From Caecitellus pseudoparvulus (taxonomy: Eukaryota; Protista; Bigyra: Bicosoecida), in NCBI GenBank assembly GCA_965644315.1, contig CBFFRQ010000040.1, forward strand, positions 124,001 through 188,000: a stretch of 64,000 bases of DNA. Reading direction: 5' to 3'. Shown here piece after piece: positions 1 through 10,887 of this stretch (positions within the stretch are counted from its first letter, which is position 1; each line of letters opens with the position of its first letter). A program made the position numbers and the translations under genes. Under the pieces are notes generated by a model. That model did not search any database. It saw only the letters and a list, made by a program, of their open reading frames with translations, and was not told the DNA's origin.

Positions 1-377
1 CTCGCCATACTGCTGTGCGTCCGCGCAGATTGACCGGGGCGCCAAATCCAACTGCTCCGCGAACAAAGCCCGCCCCGGTGCAATTGCACAGGACGTACAT
101 CTCGCCTCTTCCGTGCTTGGCGTTTCCTGGACCAGCGCAAGTGCCGGGACCGCAGTGCGGAGTTTGCTGCACTGCCCCACCACGCCATGGCCTTTGCCGG
201 CAATTTCCCGCCTCCACCTGTGGTCGAGTCCCGGTCATCGAGTAGGCCTACACGCAAGGCATATGAAGCGCCAAGGTGCGTGTCAGTGACCCTCTCCGCC
301 GCGCGCCAGTGACGACCAGTGTCTTGTGGCTGGGTGCTGCCATGTGTGACCGCCGTTCACTGCGTCGTCCTCGCAGA

Positions 378-3300
378 ATGGACACGCTGCTGGTGCGGTA
401 CCTGACGTCCCTGCCCAGTGATCTCACCGTGCGGTGCCAGGGGGAGACCTTCGCCCTGCACAGCCTGCTGATGGGGGCGCACTTCAACTTCTTCTCGTCT
501 CTCGCCTCCTCCACCCTCAGCGATGCGTCGAACGTGGACCTGTCTGACCTCCCGGGCGGGCCGCCGGTGCTGCGCCGACTGCTGGTGTGGCTGGGCGTGG
601 GGGGCCAGACGGGCCACGGCAGCAGTGTCCTGGCCGACGCGGAGGAGGAGACCATGCTGCTGGTCAAGGTGGCGGCTGCGTTGCAGTTCCTGCAAGTCAA
701 GGCGCCTATCAGCGACAGCGCTGCGTCAGACGAAAGCCCTCTTGTGGAGAGGCTGGTGTCTGCACTCACAACCAACTTGAACTTGCGTTCCCTGCAGTCG
801 GGCTCTGGACACTCCCTGAAGCAGGGCCTGAGCTTGATCCTGAAGTTCCTCAGCGCAGTGTCGGAAATTGACGAGTGGGACATGGCACTGCCACGGGGCG
901 TGCGAGCACTCGTGGAGAGCGCCCTCTGTGCCTGCGCATCCACAATGACAGGAGCACTGCAAGCTCTGTTGAATTGCGAGCCGGGGCCGCTGGGCTGGTG
1001 CCTGCCGTGTTTCCTGCCCACCCTGACACTCGCTGGCGTGCGCACCTGCCCCACGGCGCGCGCAGTGGAGGGCGAGCCCACCGTGCACGAGCTGGTGATG
1101 CTGGCCGGCACGGAGACTGTGCGGTCGGTGCTGGATGACTGTCTGGGGCAGGGCATGGCCAGTGCTGACGCGCTGTTCACGGCTCTGGACATGCTGGAGC
1201 GCCTGAGTCAACCTGTCGGGGTCAGCACCACTGCGGCACAGGGCTGGAACGGCGCCATGGACACAGACGTCGCGCTGCCCATCCTGACCAGCCTGCAACA
1301 GTGCCTGGACTCTCTGTTGGCGTTCCCAGCCACTGACGACGCAGACGGGGGTGCGCCGACGACACAGCCCACGCTCGTCGCTCGACATGCACTGCAGTTG
1401 CTCAACGCTGTGGCTGCAGGGGCAGTGCCCACCCTGGCCTGCTACAGCGACTCGAACAAGGCCCATGGAGTGCACTCTGGGGGTGGCTCCAAGGTCCTTC
1501 CGCCGTGTGAGCTGCCGTCGGGGTTTGATGGTTCGCCGGCGGTTTTCCAGCCCGTGACGCGGCAGGTGAAGAACTCCGAGACGGTGATGCATGGCATCCA
1601 GGGCACCGAAAAATACCAAAACACACCACTGGCCCTCTTGCGCCTGGTTGATATGGAGGCGGTGGGTGCCCTGCCGCTGCCTGTGCAGGCGCACGCGGCT
1701 GCGGAGCGTGCGGCAGCCAACCTGGGCAAGGTGACGGAGGCGCCCTCCTCTGACAAAGACACGGCGGTGGACTGGATCAGCGCCGTGGAGTCCCACAGCA
1801 CGCTGTGCCTGCTGCCAGACCTGCAGAGTCTCCTGCACTTTGCCGATTCCCTGGGCATGTCTGCGGAGTGTGCGCTGACCGCTGCGTGTGTGGCACATGC
1901 GCTGGCTCTGCAAGTGTACGTGTTCAGCCGCCTGGAGTCCAGCAGCACTGCGCAGGAGCTCCGCCGTCTGCACCAGGCTGTGCTGACTGCCGGTGCCGCG
2001 GGCCACCCCACGCGCCAGGCGCTGTTGCTGTGGGCCACTTCCGCGCTGGGCAAGTCCAAGGTGTTGCAGGAGCCCACCCTGGGGAAGAAACTGCTGCCGC
2101 TGCTCTTCTGCGAACAGACAGTGGACATGCTCACCCTGCAGTGCCCTGAGGACTACCACTCCATCATGTCTGCGCTGGGGTTGGCGGGGGCGCTGCCGGC
2201 TGCAGCGGAGCAGGCGGCTGCAGAGGTAGGGGCGCGTAGTTCCCGGCGCGTTCTGTGGACGTCGGCGGCCGGCGAGACCATGACTCTGTCAGTGGCCCAT
2301 GACTGCCAGGCGGCCATTACACACTTGTTCCACCGGTTCGTGCGCGATTTGGTCGTCTGGGCAGAGGGAGAGGGCGGGGACAGTGCCCTGGGCGCGCTGT
2401 GCATTGCACCGGACCCCAGTGCTGAAGTGCAAGACAGGTGTCTCTGCCCAGGGCCAGTCCTGGCGCAGTTGGGGCAGTTTGCACGGCAATCCTGCTTCGC
2501 GGCGCTGTCCAGAGGTCGCAAGGGTGCTAGGCACCCCAAGGTGTCCCTGCTGCAGCCCAAGAAGGCGGCTGACAGTGATGCTGCGGCGAAGCCTGCCGCG
2601 GCCCCAGCCACAACAAAATTCCTTGCCCGAGGCTTCGCATTCGGTGCGCACACTAGCACCACCCCGAAGCCGCGCGCAACGACAGATGCGGAGCGGAAGG
2701 AGGAAGTCGACGCGTTTTGGAGGAGGAACACCGACCCGTTCTCCGGAGAGCCCCCTGCTTTCGGAGCACCGAGACCTGAGTCGCCACGCGTGCCAGTGGT
2801 TCAACCCGGGGAAGGAAGACCCCAAGCAACGAAGGACACAGGCAGCTCCCTGTCGTTTTTCGGCAAGGAACAGGAGCCCGTGGCGCAAGCTGCAGAGGAG
2901 CGTTCACAGCCGGCGCCTGCACTGGGCCCAGGCATGGCGGCACCTGCCCCAGAGGCCCCCCTGACCAAGGCCACGACGCTGCAGCTGACACTGCTGGCCA
3001 TGGATTGGAAGCCCAACTTTCACCCGGAGCCGGCGCAGGCGGCGCAGCTGTTCTTGCGCGTGCTGCAGGAGGGGCAGCTGTGCCCAGGCCGCGTGGCTGC
3101 CCTGCGGCCCCTCCTGCAGCCCCACAAAGCGGAGGTGTTCATGGACGGCAACGACATGGTGTGCCAACTGCACTTTACGTTCCAGCGCACGTTCGAGGGC
3201 CTGGTCCTGGACACAGTGCTGCGTGCTGAGGGTTCGGGCCTGCGAGTTGCGCTGGAGAACGGCGTGGTGAACTGCGCTGAGGTGGTGGACGAGGAGCATC

Positions 3301-5192
3301 GCCCGGCGGGAGAAGTCATTGCTTCTGTGCCCGCAGGGACTTGGGGCATGGGGGTGGACCAGCTGTCGGCACTGGCCGCGCCAAAACACGCCGTGAAGCT
3401 GCAAGTGCTGGGGGAGCCAGCGGAAACGCTCGGGAAGGCCGCCCTCGCCATCGCACGCATGCAGGCGCTGCACGGCTTCGTCCTGCACGGCAAGGCGGAT
3501 CGAGGGGGCACCATTTGGGTCGCAGGCGCCAGTGCCGCGACCCAGGGCGAGCTCGTGCGTGAGCTGAGCGAGCAATTGGGCGACACTTTCACAGTGCGGG
3601 CAGCGCAGGAGTCAGAGGTCGACCACGGCACGTGGGAGGACCTGTGGGCACAGCGCGAGCAAGAGACGCTGCCGGCATGGTTTGAAATCCCGGAGCAGGA
3701 CCTGGCCACGCCCAAGGTTGACCCGCCGCCTCTCCCCACGCAGGATGCTGCGTTTCCATTGGTGTGGGCTTCTGCGCTTCCCGGCGCGCCTGCCTCTGCT
3801 GCAGCCTGCTCTGCACTCCTGGAGCTGGCTGCGTCGACCTTCGGCAGCATGGTGGAGGACGTGTACACGAGCGTGCTGCAGTTTTTCCCGCCACAGTCGG
3901 CGGTGGAGGCGGTGGTGGCGGTGCTGCGGAACTCGCGCGGCAGGCCGCTTGCTCCGCAGCAGGCAGCCAGACTGGCCTGCAGTCTGCTGGCGCTGTTGTT
4001 CCGGGCAGGGCACTGCACTGTGCCTGCACTGCTGCAAGTTGTGGAGGCTGTGGGGCAGCACTTGTCCAGCTGCGTGGTGGTGGGCCCAGAGCGCGACGGC
4101 CCCATGCACTCGGCTGCAGGCTGGGGAGCTTGCAGTCGCCCACTGCTTGACGCGTCGTTCAAGAATGACACGACAGGGGTGAATTGGATCATGCAGTGTG
4201 GGTTCCTGGGCGGTGCGTTCCACAGCGCAGAGCTGCGAGGGAGCCGTGCCGCTGCGTTGCAGGAGCAGGTGCGCAGTGAGTTGCAACGCGCTGCACTGCA
4301 GCGGTACGCGGCCTCCGCAGGCGACACCCGTGCTGCAGTTGGCGCAGGGGATGAAGACGACAGTGCAGCCATGTCATGTGATCCGGAGACAAGCGATGCT
4401 GTCGTGTTCCTGGCAGCGGGGGTGTCCCCCCTGCCCTGGCGCTGTGCCGATGGTACCCTGACACGCTTGCCTCTGCTGGGCGAATGCCGCGGCAAGCTGA
4501 GCAAACTGGGGGAAAAGTCGCTGCTCCTGGCCCACGACATGTGCAGTGTGCAGAGGTTTCCGTCGGTGTTCCTGGGTCAGGGACAGGCTACGTCCCGTGT
4601 TCTGAAGCTGCTGGCGCTGCTGGTGCTGACGGAGTCTGGCGCCATCCCGCCGCTGTCCCCATGCATGGCGTTGTCCACTGAGGGCAGCGTGTTCCCCCAG
4701 CCGGGGCTGGAGGTGGGGGGGGATGGCGGTGGGGATGTGCGGGTGGGGGAGTGGGTGGAGGTGTCAGCCAGCAACGCTCTGGGTGTCGTGACGGGGGTGC
4801 AGGGGGGTGCTGCGAGCGGGCAGGGCTGTGCGCTGACACTGCGCCTGCAGCCCACGCTGGACGAGTTGTCGTGCAGGGGGATTGCGTCCATGCAGGTGAC
4901 GGTGGCTCCTGAGGAGGTGAGGCGTGTTCTGCAAGGGGGGGGTGAGGGCGCCTCGGCCCGCTGTGCGCTGGGGCTGTCAGCGGCCCTCACGGGGCGGGCA
5001 GGCGCCGGCACGACCCGAGATCGCGCCGTGGACGCCGTGCACTTTGCGCTGCCCTCCTTCAGACCAGGCTTCACGATGCACTTGCTGGCTGAGGGGTTGC
5101 TGTCGCCGACAGCGGCGCTGGGCATTTGCTCAGCTGGGTGGGCGTCTCATGACCCACGGGGCGGCGAGGCTGACTTGCTGGAGACAGCGTGA
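378..5192 (+). CDS. Large protein with N-terminal BTB/POZ-like domain, otherwise unknown
   Basis: Long ORF (track 276-5192), likely ATG at 378. SDLTVRCQGETFALHSLLMGAHFNFF matches the BTB start pattern (sD..l.v.g..f.aHr.vL.a.S.yF). Confidence 0.6.
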   Translation: MDTLLVRYLTSLPSDLTVRCQGETFALHSLLMGAHFNFFSSLASSTLSDASNVDLSDLPGGPPVLRRLLVWLGVGGQTGHGSSVLADAEEETMLLVKVAAALQFLQVKAPISDSAASDESPLVERLVSALTTNLNLRSLQSGSGHSLKQGLSLILKFLSAVSEIDEWDMALPRGVRALVESALCACASTMTGALQALLNCEPGPLGWCLPCFLPTLTLAGVRTCPTARAVEGEPTVHELVMLAGTETVRSVLDDCLGQGMASADALFTALDMLERLSQPVGVSTTAAQGWNGAMDTDVALPILTSLQQCLDSLLAFPATDDADGGAPTTQPTLVARHALQLLNAVAAGAVPTLACYSDSNKAHGVHSGGGSKVLPPCELPSGFDGSPAVFQPVTRQVKNSETVMHGIQGTEKYQNTPLALLRLVDMEAVGALPLPVQAHAAAERAAANLGKVTEAPSSDKDTAVDWISAVESHSTLCLLPDLQSLLHFADSLGMSAECALTAACVAHALALQVYVFSRLESSSTAQELRRLHQAVLTAGAAGHPTRQALLLWATSALGKSKVLQEPTLGKKLLPLLFCEQTVDMLTLQCPEDYHSIMSALGLAGALPAAAEQAAAEVGARSSRRVLWTSAAGETMTLSVAHDCQAAITHLFHRFVRDLVVWAEGEGGDSALGALCIAPDPSAEVQDRCLCPGPVLAQLGQFARQSCFAALSRGRKGARHPKVSLLQPKKAADSDAAAKPAAAPATTKFLARGFAFGAHTSTTPKPRATTDAERKEEVDAFWRRNTDPFSGEPPAFGAPRPESPRVPVVQPGEGRPQATKDTGSSLSFFGKEQEPVAQAAEERSQPAPALGPGMAAPAPEAPLTKATTLQLTLLAMDWKPNFHPEPAQAAQLFLRVLQEGQLCPGRVAALRPLLQPHKAEVFMDGNDMVCQLHFTFQRTFEGLVLDTVLRAEGSGLRVALENGVVNCAEVVDEEHRPAGEVIASVPAGTWGMGVDQLSALAAPKHAVKLQVLGEPAETLGKAALAIARMQALHGFVLHGKADRGGTIWVAGASAATQGELVRELSEQLGDTFTVRAAQESEVDHGTWEDLWAQREQETLPAWFEIPEQDLATPKVDPPPLPTQDAAFPLVWASALPGAPASAAACSALLELAASTFGSMVEDVYTSVLQFFPPQSAVEAVVAVLRNSRGRPLAPQQAARLACSLLALLFRAGHCTVPALLQVVEAVGQHLSSCVVVGPERDGPMHSAAGWGACSRPLLDASFKNDTTGVNWIMQCGFLGGAFHSAELRGSRAAALQEQVRSELQRAALQRYAASAGDTRAAVGAGDEDDSAAMSCDPETSDAVVFLAAGVSPLPWRCADGTLTRLPLLGECRGKLSKLGEKSLLLAHDMCSVQRFPSVFLGQGQATSRVLKLLALLVLTESGAIPPLSPCMALSTEGSVFPQPGLEVGGDGGGDVRVGEWVEVSASNALGVVTGVQGGAASGQGCALTLRLQPTLDELSCRGIASMQVTVAPEEVRRVLQGGGEGASARCALGLSAALTGRAGAGTTRDRAVDAVHFALPSFRPGFTMHLLAEGLLSPTAALGICSAGWASHDPRGGEADLLETA

Positions 5193-5607
5193 TGTTCCAC
5201 GCCAAGGCCGTGTTGTGTGGGGCTGGGGCGTGCCTGCCGCGTGCCAGTGCTGGTGAGGCAGGGCTTAGGCAGTGTGCGCCAGGCCGACTCACCTGCAACA
5301 TGTCACGGTGCAGCGGTGGGGGCGCTTAGGCGAGGGAAAGGCCCACAGGCGGGGAAAATGCACAGATTTATACCCCCCTACGCGTGCGATTTGCCGCAGC
5401 TGTGCTCAGTTGCCGCCGCGCATCGCCTGCGGAGCAGTTGGCGTGGTGGGCTCACGCATGGAACGCGCAGTCGGTAGCCGCCGGCACTTCCCAACCTCCC
5501 TCCTCACACCCCCAAGCTCGGCATGGACACCAAGCACTGCCCAATCCACCTTTGCGTGCTGCTCCACCCGGCTTCGTCGCCTTCCGCTCCCTCTCTCGCC
5601 TTTCGTC

Positions 5608-7653
5608 ATGGCTGGTGAAGCACGTCTGGAGGGCAGCCTCGTGACGGAGACGGAGAAAGGCGCCCCTGCGCTGACCACGCTGGGCGTCATGGCACGCATG
5701 TTGGCGAACAAGGACCGTGGGGGCTCCCTCGTCGCCATCAACGGGCAGTGCATCGGCCCCCGCGGCACGGCGGCCAAGTTCATCTTCCCGCCGCCACAGC
5801 CGGCGGAAGGGCAAGACCAAGCTGCCGCCACAGCCGCCGCCGCCGCGTCAGCCGCCGCAGCGGGGGGCACAAGCCGGGCCAAACTGCGGGAGCTGGTGGA
5901 CCTGGCCCTGGCCGAGGGCCAGCACTGTGACTCCCTCGCCGAGCAGGTGGCAGACCTGTGGGTGCTGACGTTCGAGACGGGCGCTGTGCGGGACGGCAAG
6001 GGCGAGCGGCGGGTGTTCCTGTACCTGTTCATGGCGCTGGCGGAACACTTTCCGGAAACCGCCGTGGCCATGCTGCCCCTCGTGCCGCAGTTCGCCAGCT
6101 GGAACATGCTCAGCTTCATCCACGTGCAGGCAGAGCGGGACATTGCAGAGCTGGCGCCAGAGTCGGACAAGGCAGTTGCTCTGCGACAGCTGCAGCGTGG
6201 CGTGGAGGACGTGTACTTCGCCCAGCTGCAGCACGACGCCGGCATTCTGCAGCAGGCGGCCAGTGCGGCGGGTGGCGCCACGGGCGCCGCACCCCCCGCC
6301 GTCCCCGGCGCCGCCACCGCCCCACCCTCAGCTGACAAACCAGCCTCTGAGGCTGCTGCAGGGGCAGGCACGGGCAGTGACCAGGCGGCGCAGGCCCGTC
6401 GCAGCTTGAGCCTGGCGGGCAAGTGGGCTCCCAGCGTGGGCTTGGCGGTGGACAAGCACAGTGGGCTGGGCAAGACCCTGGCGCTGCGGCTGAACCCGTG
6501 GAAGGGCCAGGGGGCGGCCAGCGAGGCACATGTGACGTGGGCCAGGCAGAAGTACAGGCAGCTGCTGACACAGTTGCGCAGTGCGTTGGATGTGCCGGAG
6601 GTGAAGATGGCGGGCAAGCGCTGGCGCGAGCTGCGCCCGACAGCCGTTCCGTCCAAGGCCAACACCAAATACCGCAGGGCGTTTATGAACCAGGCTCGGC
6701 CAGGCACGGAGGGTGTGGAGGTGGGCGACGCCGTCGTGCGCAGCACAGACGAGGACCGTGTGCTGTGTGCGGAGCACTTCCAGGCCGCCATTCAGGCGAC
6801 GCTGGACGGCACCGCGACGAAACGCATCAAGGGGTCTGCCTCGGAGCCACAGGCGCTCACCAAGCCGTACATGTTCGGGGGCCAGGAGGACCCCATGCTG
6901 GAGGCGCAGTGGGTGGACATGCGCAAGAGCCTGATGGAGAAGGGCGTCATGCCGCCTGCCCTGTGCATGGTGGACGTTTCTGGCAGCATGGGCGGCCTGC
7001 CAATGGAAGTGTCCATTGCGCTGGGCATTCTGCTGAGCCAAATCCTGCCAGAGCCCTGGCACGGCCGCTTCCTCACCTTTGAGAGCACGCCACAGTGGGT
7101 GGACATTTCCGCCTGCACGTCGCTGTATGATGCAGTGAAGCAGACGCAAGCCGCGCCGTGGGGTGGCAGCACGAACTTTGCGCTGGCGTTGCGGAGCATT
7201 CTGGAAACGGCAACGCAGGAAGGCCTCAGCAACGACGCCGTGCCCAAGGTCCTCTTCGTCTTCTCAGACATGCAGTTCGACGCTGCAGACCGGTCTGGCA
7301 CCGGTGATGCCGTGTTCCGACTTGGCTCTGAGGACATTCGGGACGGTTTCAAGGCCAAGGGCTACGCAGTGCCGCACATCGTGTTCTGGAACCTCCGCGC
7401 CACAGGCACGCCGTCCTTCCAGGCAGACGCCTCGACGCCCGGAGTCAGCATCATGAGCGGGTACAGCCAGCAGTGCATGGCTGACTTCCTGGACACGGGC
7501 GTGTTGAAGAGCGGGCAGGAGGTGACTCCCTGGGAAACGCTCAACGCCAAGCTGACCAAGGAGGTGTTCTACCCTGTGCGCCAGGTGTGTTCCGGCTCCC
7601 AGGAGGGCGCCCTGGCAGACTACTCCTTCCAGCCCTTTGACCGCGAAAACTGA
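5608..7653 (+). CDS. DUF2828-family (TROVE/VWA-like) protein
   Basis: Motifs SLAGKWAPS, VPSKA, VDVSGSM (MIDAS), WGGSTNF, FVFSDMQFD, PHIVFWNLR; ATG at 5608 in frame with the 793-aa ORF. Confidence 0.8.
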   Translation: MAGEARLEGSLVTETEKGAPALTTLGVMARMLANKDRGGSLVAINGQCIGPRGTAAKFIFPPPQPAEGQDQAAATAAAAASAAAAGGTSRAKLRELVDLALAEGQHCDSLAEQVADLWVLTFETGAVRDGKGERRVFLYLFMALAEHFPETAVAMLPLVPQFASWNMLSFIHVQAERDIAELAPESDKAVALRQLQRGVEDVYFAQLQHDAGILQQAASAAGGATGAAPPAVPGAATAPPSADKPASEAAAGAGTGSDQAAQARRSLSLAGKWAPSVGLAVDKHSGLGKTLALRLNPWKGQGAASEAHVTWARQKYRQLLTQLRSALDVPEVKMAGKRWRELRPTAVPSKANTKYRRAFMNQARPGTEGVEVGDAVVRSTDEDRVLCAEHFQAAIQATLDGTATKRIKGSASEPQALTKPYMFGGQEDPMLEAQWVDMRKSLMEKGVMPPALCMVDVSGSMGGLPMEVSIALGILLSQILPEPWHGRFLTFESTPQWVDISACTSLYDAVKQTQAAPWGGSTNFALALRSILETATQEGLSNDAVPKVLFVFSDMQFDAADRSGTGDAVFRLGSEDIRDGFKAKGYAVPHIVFWNLRATGTPSFQADASTPGVSIMSGYSQQCMADFLDTGVLKSGQEVTPWETLNAKLTKEVFYPVRQVCSGSQEGALADYSFQPFDREN

Positions 7654-7854
7654 GGGGGGATGGAGGGGGGGGGTGGCGCTTGTGCGAACCCCCCACCACT
7701 TGGACCAATGCAGTGCAGCTCGCTTCAGTGCTGGTGGGAACGCGACCAGGGATACTTCCCACAATCCCGCACGCTGTCGCTGTCACAGTTTGTGTCTTGG
7801 CAGCTGTCCGGCCAGCGACAGTCTGAGCCAGCCTCAGCACATCACTGCCGCACC

Positions 7855-10824
7855 ATGGCAGCAGCTCTGCAGCGACGTGTCAGCTGCGCCCTGGCGCGCC
7901 CAGCGCAGGCCCTGCGTCCACAAGCCACGAGCCACGTGTCTACTTCTGCCGCTCGACAGGGCCAGCGTGCGGCACAGGGCGCGGCACGGCGCACGGCGGG
8001 CGCGAACGGGGGGGGGTCTGTAATTCCGCACCTGTCTCGGAGCGGCACTCGAGGGGCGCCACGCCGGGGCAGGGCCAAGTTCAGCCCGGGAGAGACCCTG
8101 CAATACGCAGAGCAGGGAACACAGGCCTTGGCGCGGGAGCCGGCGGCGGCCACCCCCGAGGCAGTGCTGCATTCGGCGCGGGCGCTGCGGCGAGGAGCAG
8201 CCGCTCGGCGAAGTGAACTGGCATCATCGCCGCATCATGCGAACTCGCTGCACAACATCAGCAGCGTGCTGAACGCAGAGCGCGCCAGACTGGCCTCGCT
8301 ATCCTTGCCCAAGGGCGCGCCGGCAGCCGTGGGAGCCTGGCGCTTGCCCGCACTGGCGACGCTGGCTCGTGAGAGTGCCACCGCAACTTCCGCAGCGCTG
8401 TCAGCCGGCGCACCCCCTGCGCTGTCCCTGGCGCACCGCCGACTGCTGGGCAATGTCAGCGCCCTAGCAGAGCCCCTTCTGCAACGGGCCAGCCAGGCCG
8501 CCCTCTCAGCGGCCAGTCGCCGCTTCGCGTCGGACGCGGGTTTTTCAGTGCGGTATTTGGCGCTCGGCTCCTACGCTAACATGGCTCTTGCCACGGGGCT
8601 GTTCCTGTGGGGGGACTCCCTGCGCGAGGCAGCTGTGGCGGGTGGCTGGCTGGCGGCGCCAGAGGGCGCAGCGTCTGCTGCGCACGCTGGCGGCCGGGCG
8701 CCGCTGAGCGCTGATGAAGTGCTCGGGCTGCCTGCGCCACTGGTGGAGGAAGTGGCGCCCATTGCCGCCAGCGTGACCACTGCCACGACCTGCACCAGCG
8801 CCGAGACGGCCAGTGCGCTTTCCGAGGCCATGCTGCCGCGTGGCGTGCAGGAGCTCGCGGCGCAGGCGTCCGCTGCGCTGTTTGCACCCGACGTGGACGG
8901 CGTTTCGCCTGTGGCAGTGGAGGTGGTGGAGGGCGTGCAGTCGCTGCTGGAGCTGCTGGCTGCTGCTGCGGCGCCGGGCACTGGGCAGAACGGCCAGAGC
9001 ATGCTGATTTCAGACGCCTTTGCCTCTCGCCGGGTCTGGCGTGACCGGGCGGTGCAGGGGTTAGGTGCTGTGGAAGAGGAAACGCAGGGTGCGGAAGTTG
9101 ACCCCGCCGGCCCCGTGCACGCCGTGCCATTCGTCGGACGCCACACACTGCCAGTCGGCCTGAGCAGGTGTCTCATCGCTGGCACGCCGGCGTTGCTGCT
9201 GTCGTTGCCTGCGCTGTCCGATGCGGGGCTCGTGGAGCTGCTGCGGAATTTGTCGGCTGCACAAGACGTCGTCGCGACAGGCCCTGCGGCGGGGTGCACC
9301 GCCACCCTCGTGGACGCAGTGACGCTGGAACTGGGACAACGTGTGGCGCAGCGCGGGACGCCGTCGAACGCCGCCCCGGGCTGGGCGGGTGTGGACGTGA
9401 CGGTGCTCACAGCTGCAGCGCACACTGCCGCTGGTGTGGAGGGCGCGCTGCCCAGCGACGCCCTGGCGCCCGCGGCAGGCGCAGCGGCCTTCATCCCAGG
9501 CCTGCCATCTGACGTGCTGCAGGGGCATGTGGATGACGTGATGGACGCGGCGTCTGACCGCATCACACGCAGCGTGGGCGGCGCCAGCGGCCTGCTTGAC
9601 TCGGCCGCCGGCAACGCAGCGGACCCCGCGGACCTGCCTGACGCCGCCGCTGACCTGGCGCCCTGGTGCGAAGCGGGCTCCACCTCCCTCCCCAGCCGCC
9701 TGGGGCAGTTGGCGGCACAGGCCCTGGCGGTGGAGTTGCAGGGCAGTTCACCAGCGCCGCGCGAGCTGCTGGCGGAAGCCATCGGGCACCTGCACATGCT
9801 GCACACGTCACGGGGGGGGCAGGGCTGTGCAGCTCCTGGCGAAGCAGCCCTGCAGCTGTCTGTTTTGCGGCGCCTGGTGGAGGTGGTGGGTGAACATGAG
9901 GTGACGGCCGCCGCGAGAGGCGAAGCCAGCGGCGGTGCAGACGACTGGCACGCGGCGTTTGCAGACGCGTGCGAGGGGGAGGGCGCAGGGGACGTGTGGC
10001 GCCCCACAGTGCTGGAAGAACTGCTGTCCAGCTCGGGACAGGCTGCCGGGGACTTTCGGCGGCGCACGCTGGCGTTGCTTGCCAGCCTGCAAAGCCCCTC
10101 ATTTTCCGCACCGCCACAGCCGGCACGCAGTGCGCCTCAGGGAGCCCCAGTGCACACCAGCACCCCTCCCAGCGCAGCCATGCACACGCAAGGCTCTGCT
10201 TCTGCCATGACGTCCCGTGTCGTCACGGGCGTGGTGCATGCGTTGTGTGCCGGGCAAGGCGCTGCGTTGGCGTCCACGTTGCCGCTGCGCGAGCTGGCGT
10301 TGCTCGTCACCGCCGCCGGACGCGCGCCCTACATGGCGCCCAGTGACCAGCGTGTCCTGGTGGAGGCAGTGCGGGCGCGGCTGGGCCACGCAGCCGCGCT
10401 GGCGGGGCGGAAGGGGCGTGTGCCGCGGCCTCACGAGCGCCAGCACATCATCGCCTGTGCGGAATTCCTCGTGGCAGTGGGCGGCGCACACTGCGCGTCA
10501 GGCCTGCTCAGCGCATCTGCACTCATGGCGCGTTGCCAGGATTGGAGTCACTGCAACGCATTCCTCACCGCTGCGGCGTCCCTGTGGCGCCAGCGAGGCA
10601 ACGCGCCCCCCGCCTTGGAGAAGGGCTCCCCTGCTGCGTTACGCGACGTGGCAGTGGCAGCAGCGCACGCTGTCGCAAACCCGCAAACAGGCACGTCAGC
10701 GTCACCCCACGCCCCCGTTGCGATCGGTGGTGTGGAGGGCGCCGCTGCCTGTGTCTCCCTGGCACGGTGGCTGGGCAAGCGTGTGCGGCAGGCGGTGGCG
10801 GTGACTCACGGTGACTCACGCTGA
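7855..10824 (+). CDS. Ala-rich hypothetical protein, possible mitochondrial transit peptide
   Basis: Long ORF; N-terminus MAAALQRRVSCALARPAQALR is Arg/Ala/Ser-rich and lacks acidic residues. Confidence 0.5.
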   Translation: MAAALQRRVSCALARPAQALRPQATSHVSTSAARQGQRAAQGAARRTAGANGGGSVIPHLSRSGTRGAPRRGRAKFSPGETLQYAEQGTQALAREPAAATPEAVLHSARALRRGAAARRSELASSPHHANSLHNISSVLNAERARLASLSLPKGAPAAVGAWRLPALATLARESATATSAALSAGAPPALSLAHRRLLGNVSALAEPLLQRASQAALSAASRRFASDAGFSVRYLALGSYANMALATGLFLWGDSLREAAVAGGWLAAPEGAASAAHAGGRAPLSADEVLGLPAPLVEEVAPIAASVTTATTCTSAETASALSEAMLPRGVQELAAQASAALFAPDVDGVSPVAVEVVEGVQSLLELLAAAAAPGTGQNGQSMLISDAFASRRVWRDRAVQGLGAVEEETQGAEVDPAGPVHAVPFVGRHTLPVGLSRCLIAGTPALLLSLPALSDAGLVELLRNLSAAQDVVATGPAAGCTATLVDAVTLELGQRVAQRGTPSNAAPGWAGVDVTVLTAAAHTAAGVEGALPSDALAPAAGAAAFIPGLPSDVLQGHVDDVMDAASDRITRSVGGASGLLDSAAGNAADPADLPDAAADLAPWCEAGSTSLPSRLGQLAAQALAVELQGSSPAPRELLAEAIGHLHMLHTSRGGQGCAAPGEAALQLSVLRRLVEVVGEHEVTAAARGEASGGADDWHAAFADACEGEGAGDVWRPTVLEELLSSSGQAAGDFRRRTLALLASLQSPSFSAPPQPARSAPQGAPVHTSTPPSAAMHTQGSASAMTSRVVTGVVHALCAGQGAALASTLPLRELALLVTAAGRAPYMAPSDQRVLVEAVRARLGHAAALAGRKGRVPRPHERQHIIACAEFLVAVGGAHCASGLLSASALMARCQDWSHCNAFLTAAASLWRQRGNAPPALEKGSPAALRDVAVAAAHAVANPQTGTSASPHAPVAIGGVEGAAACVSLARWLGKRVRQAVAVTHGDSR

Positions 10825-10887
10825 CCCATGACCGGTGCATGCAATGCATTCGCACCATCACACAGCAGGGATGGGTGGGGGGGGTGC

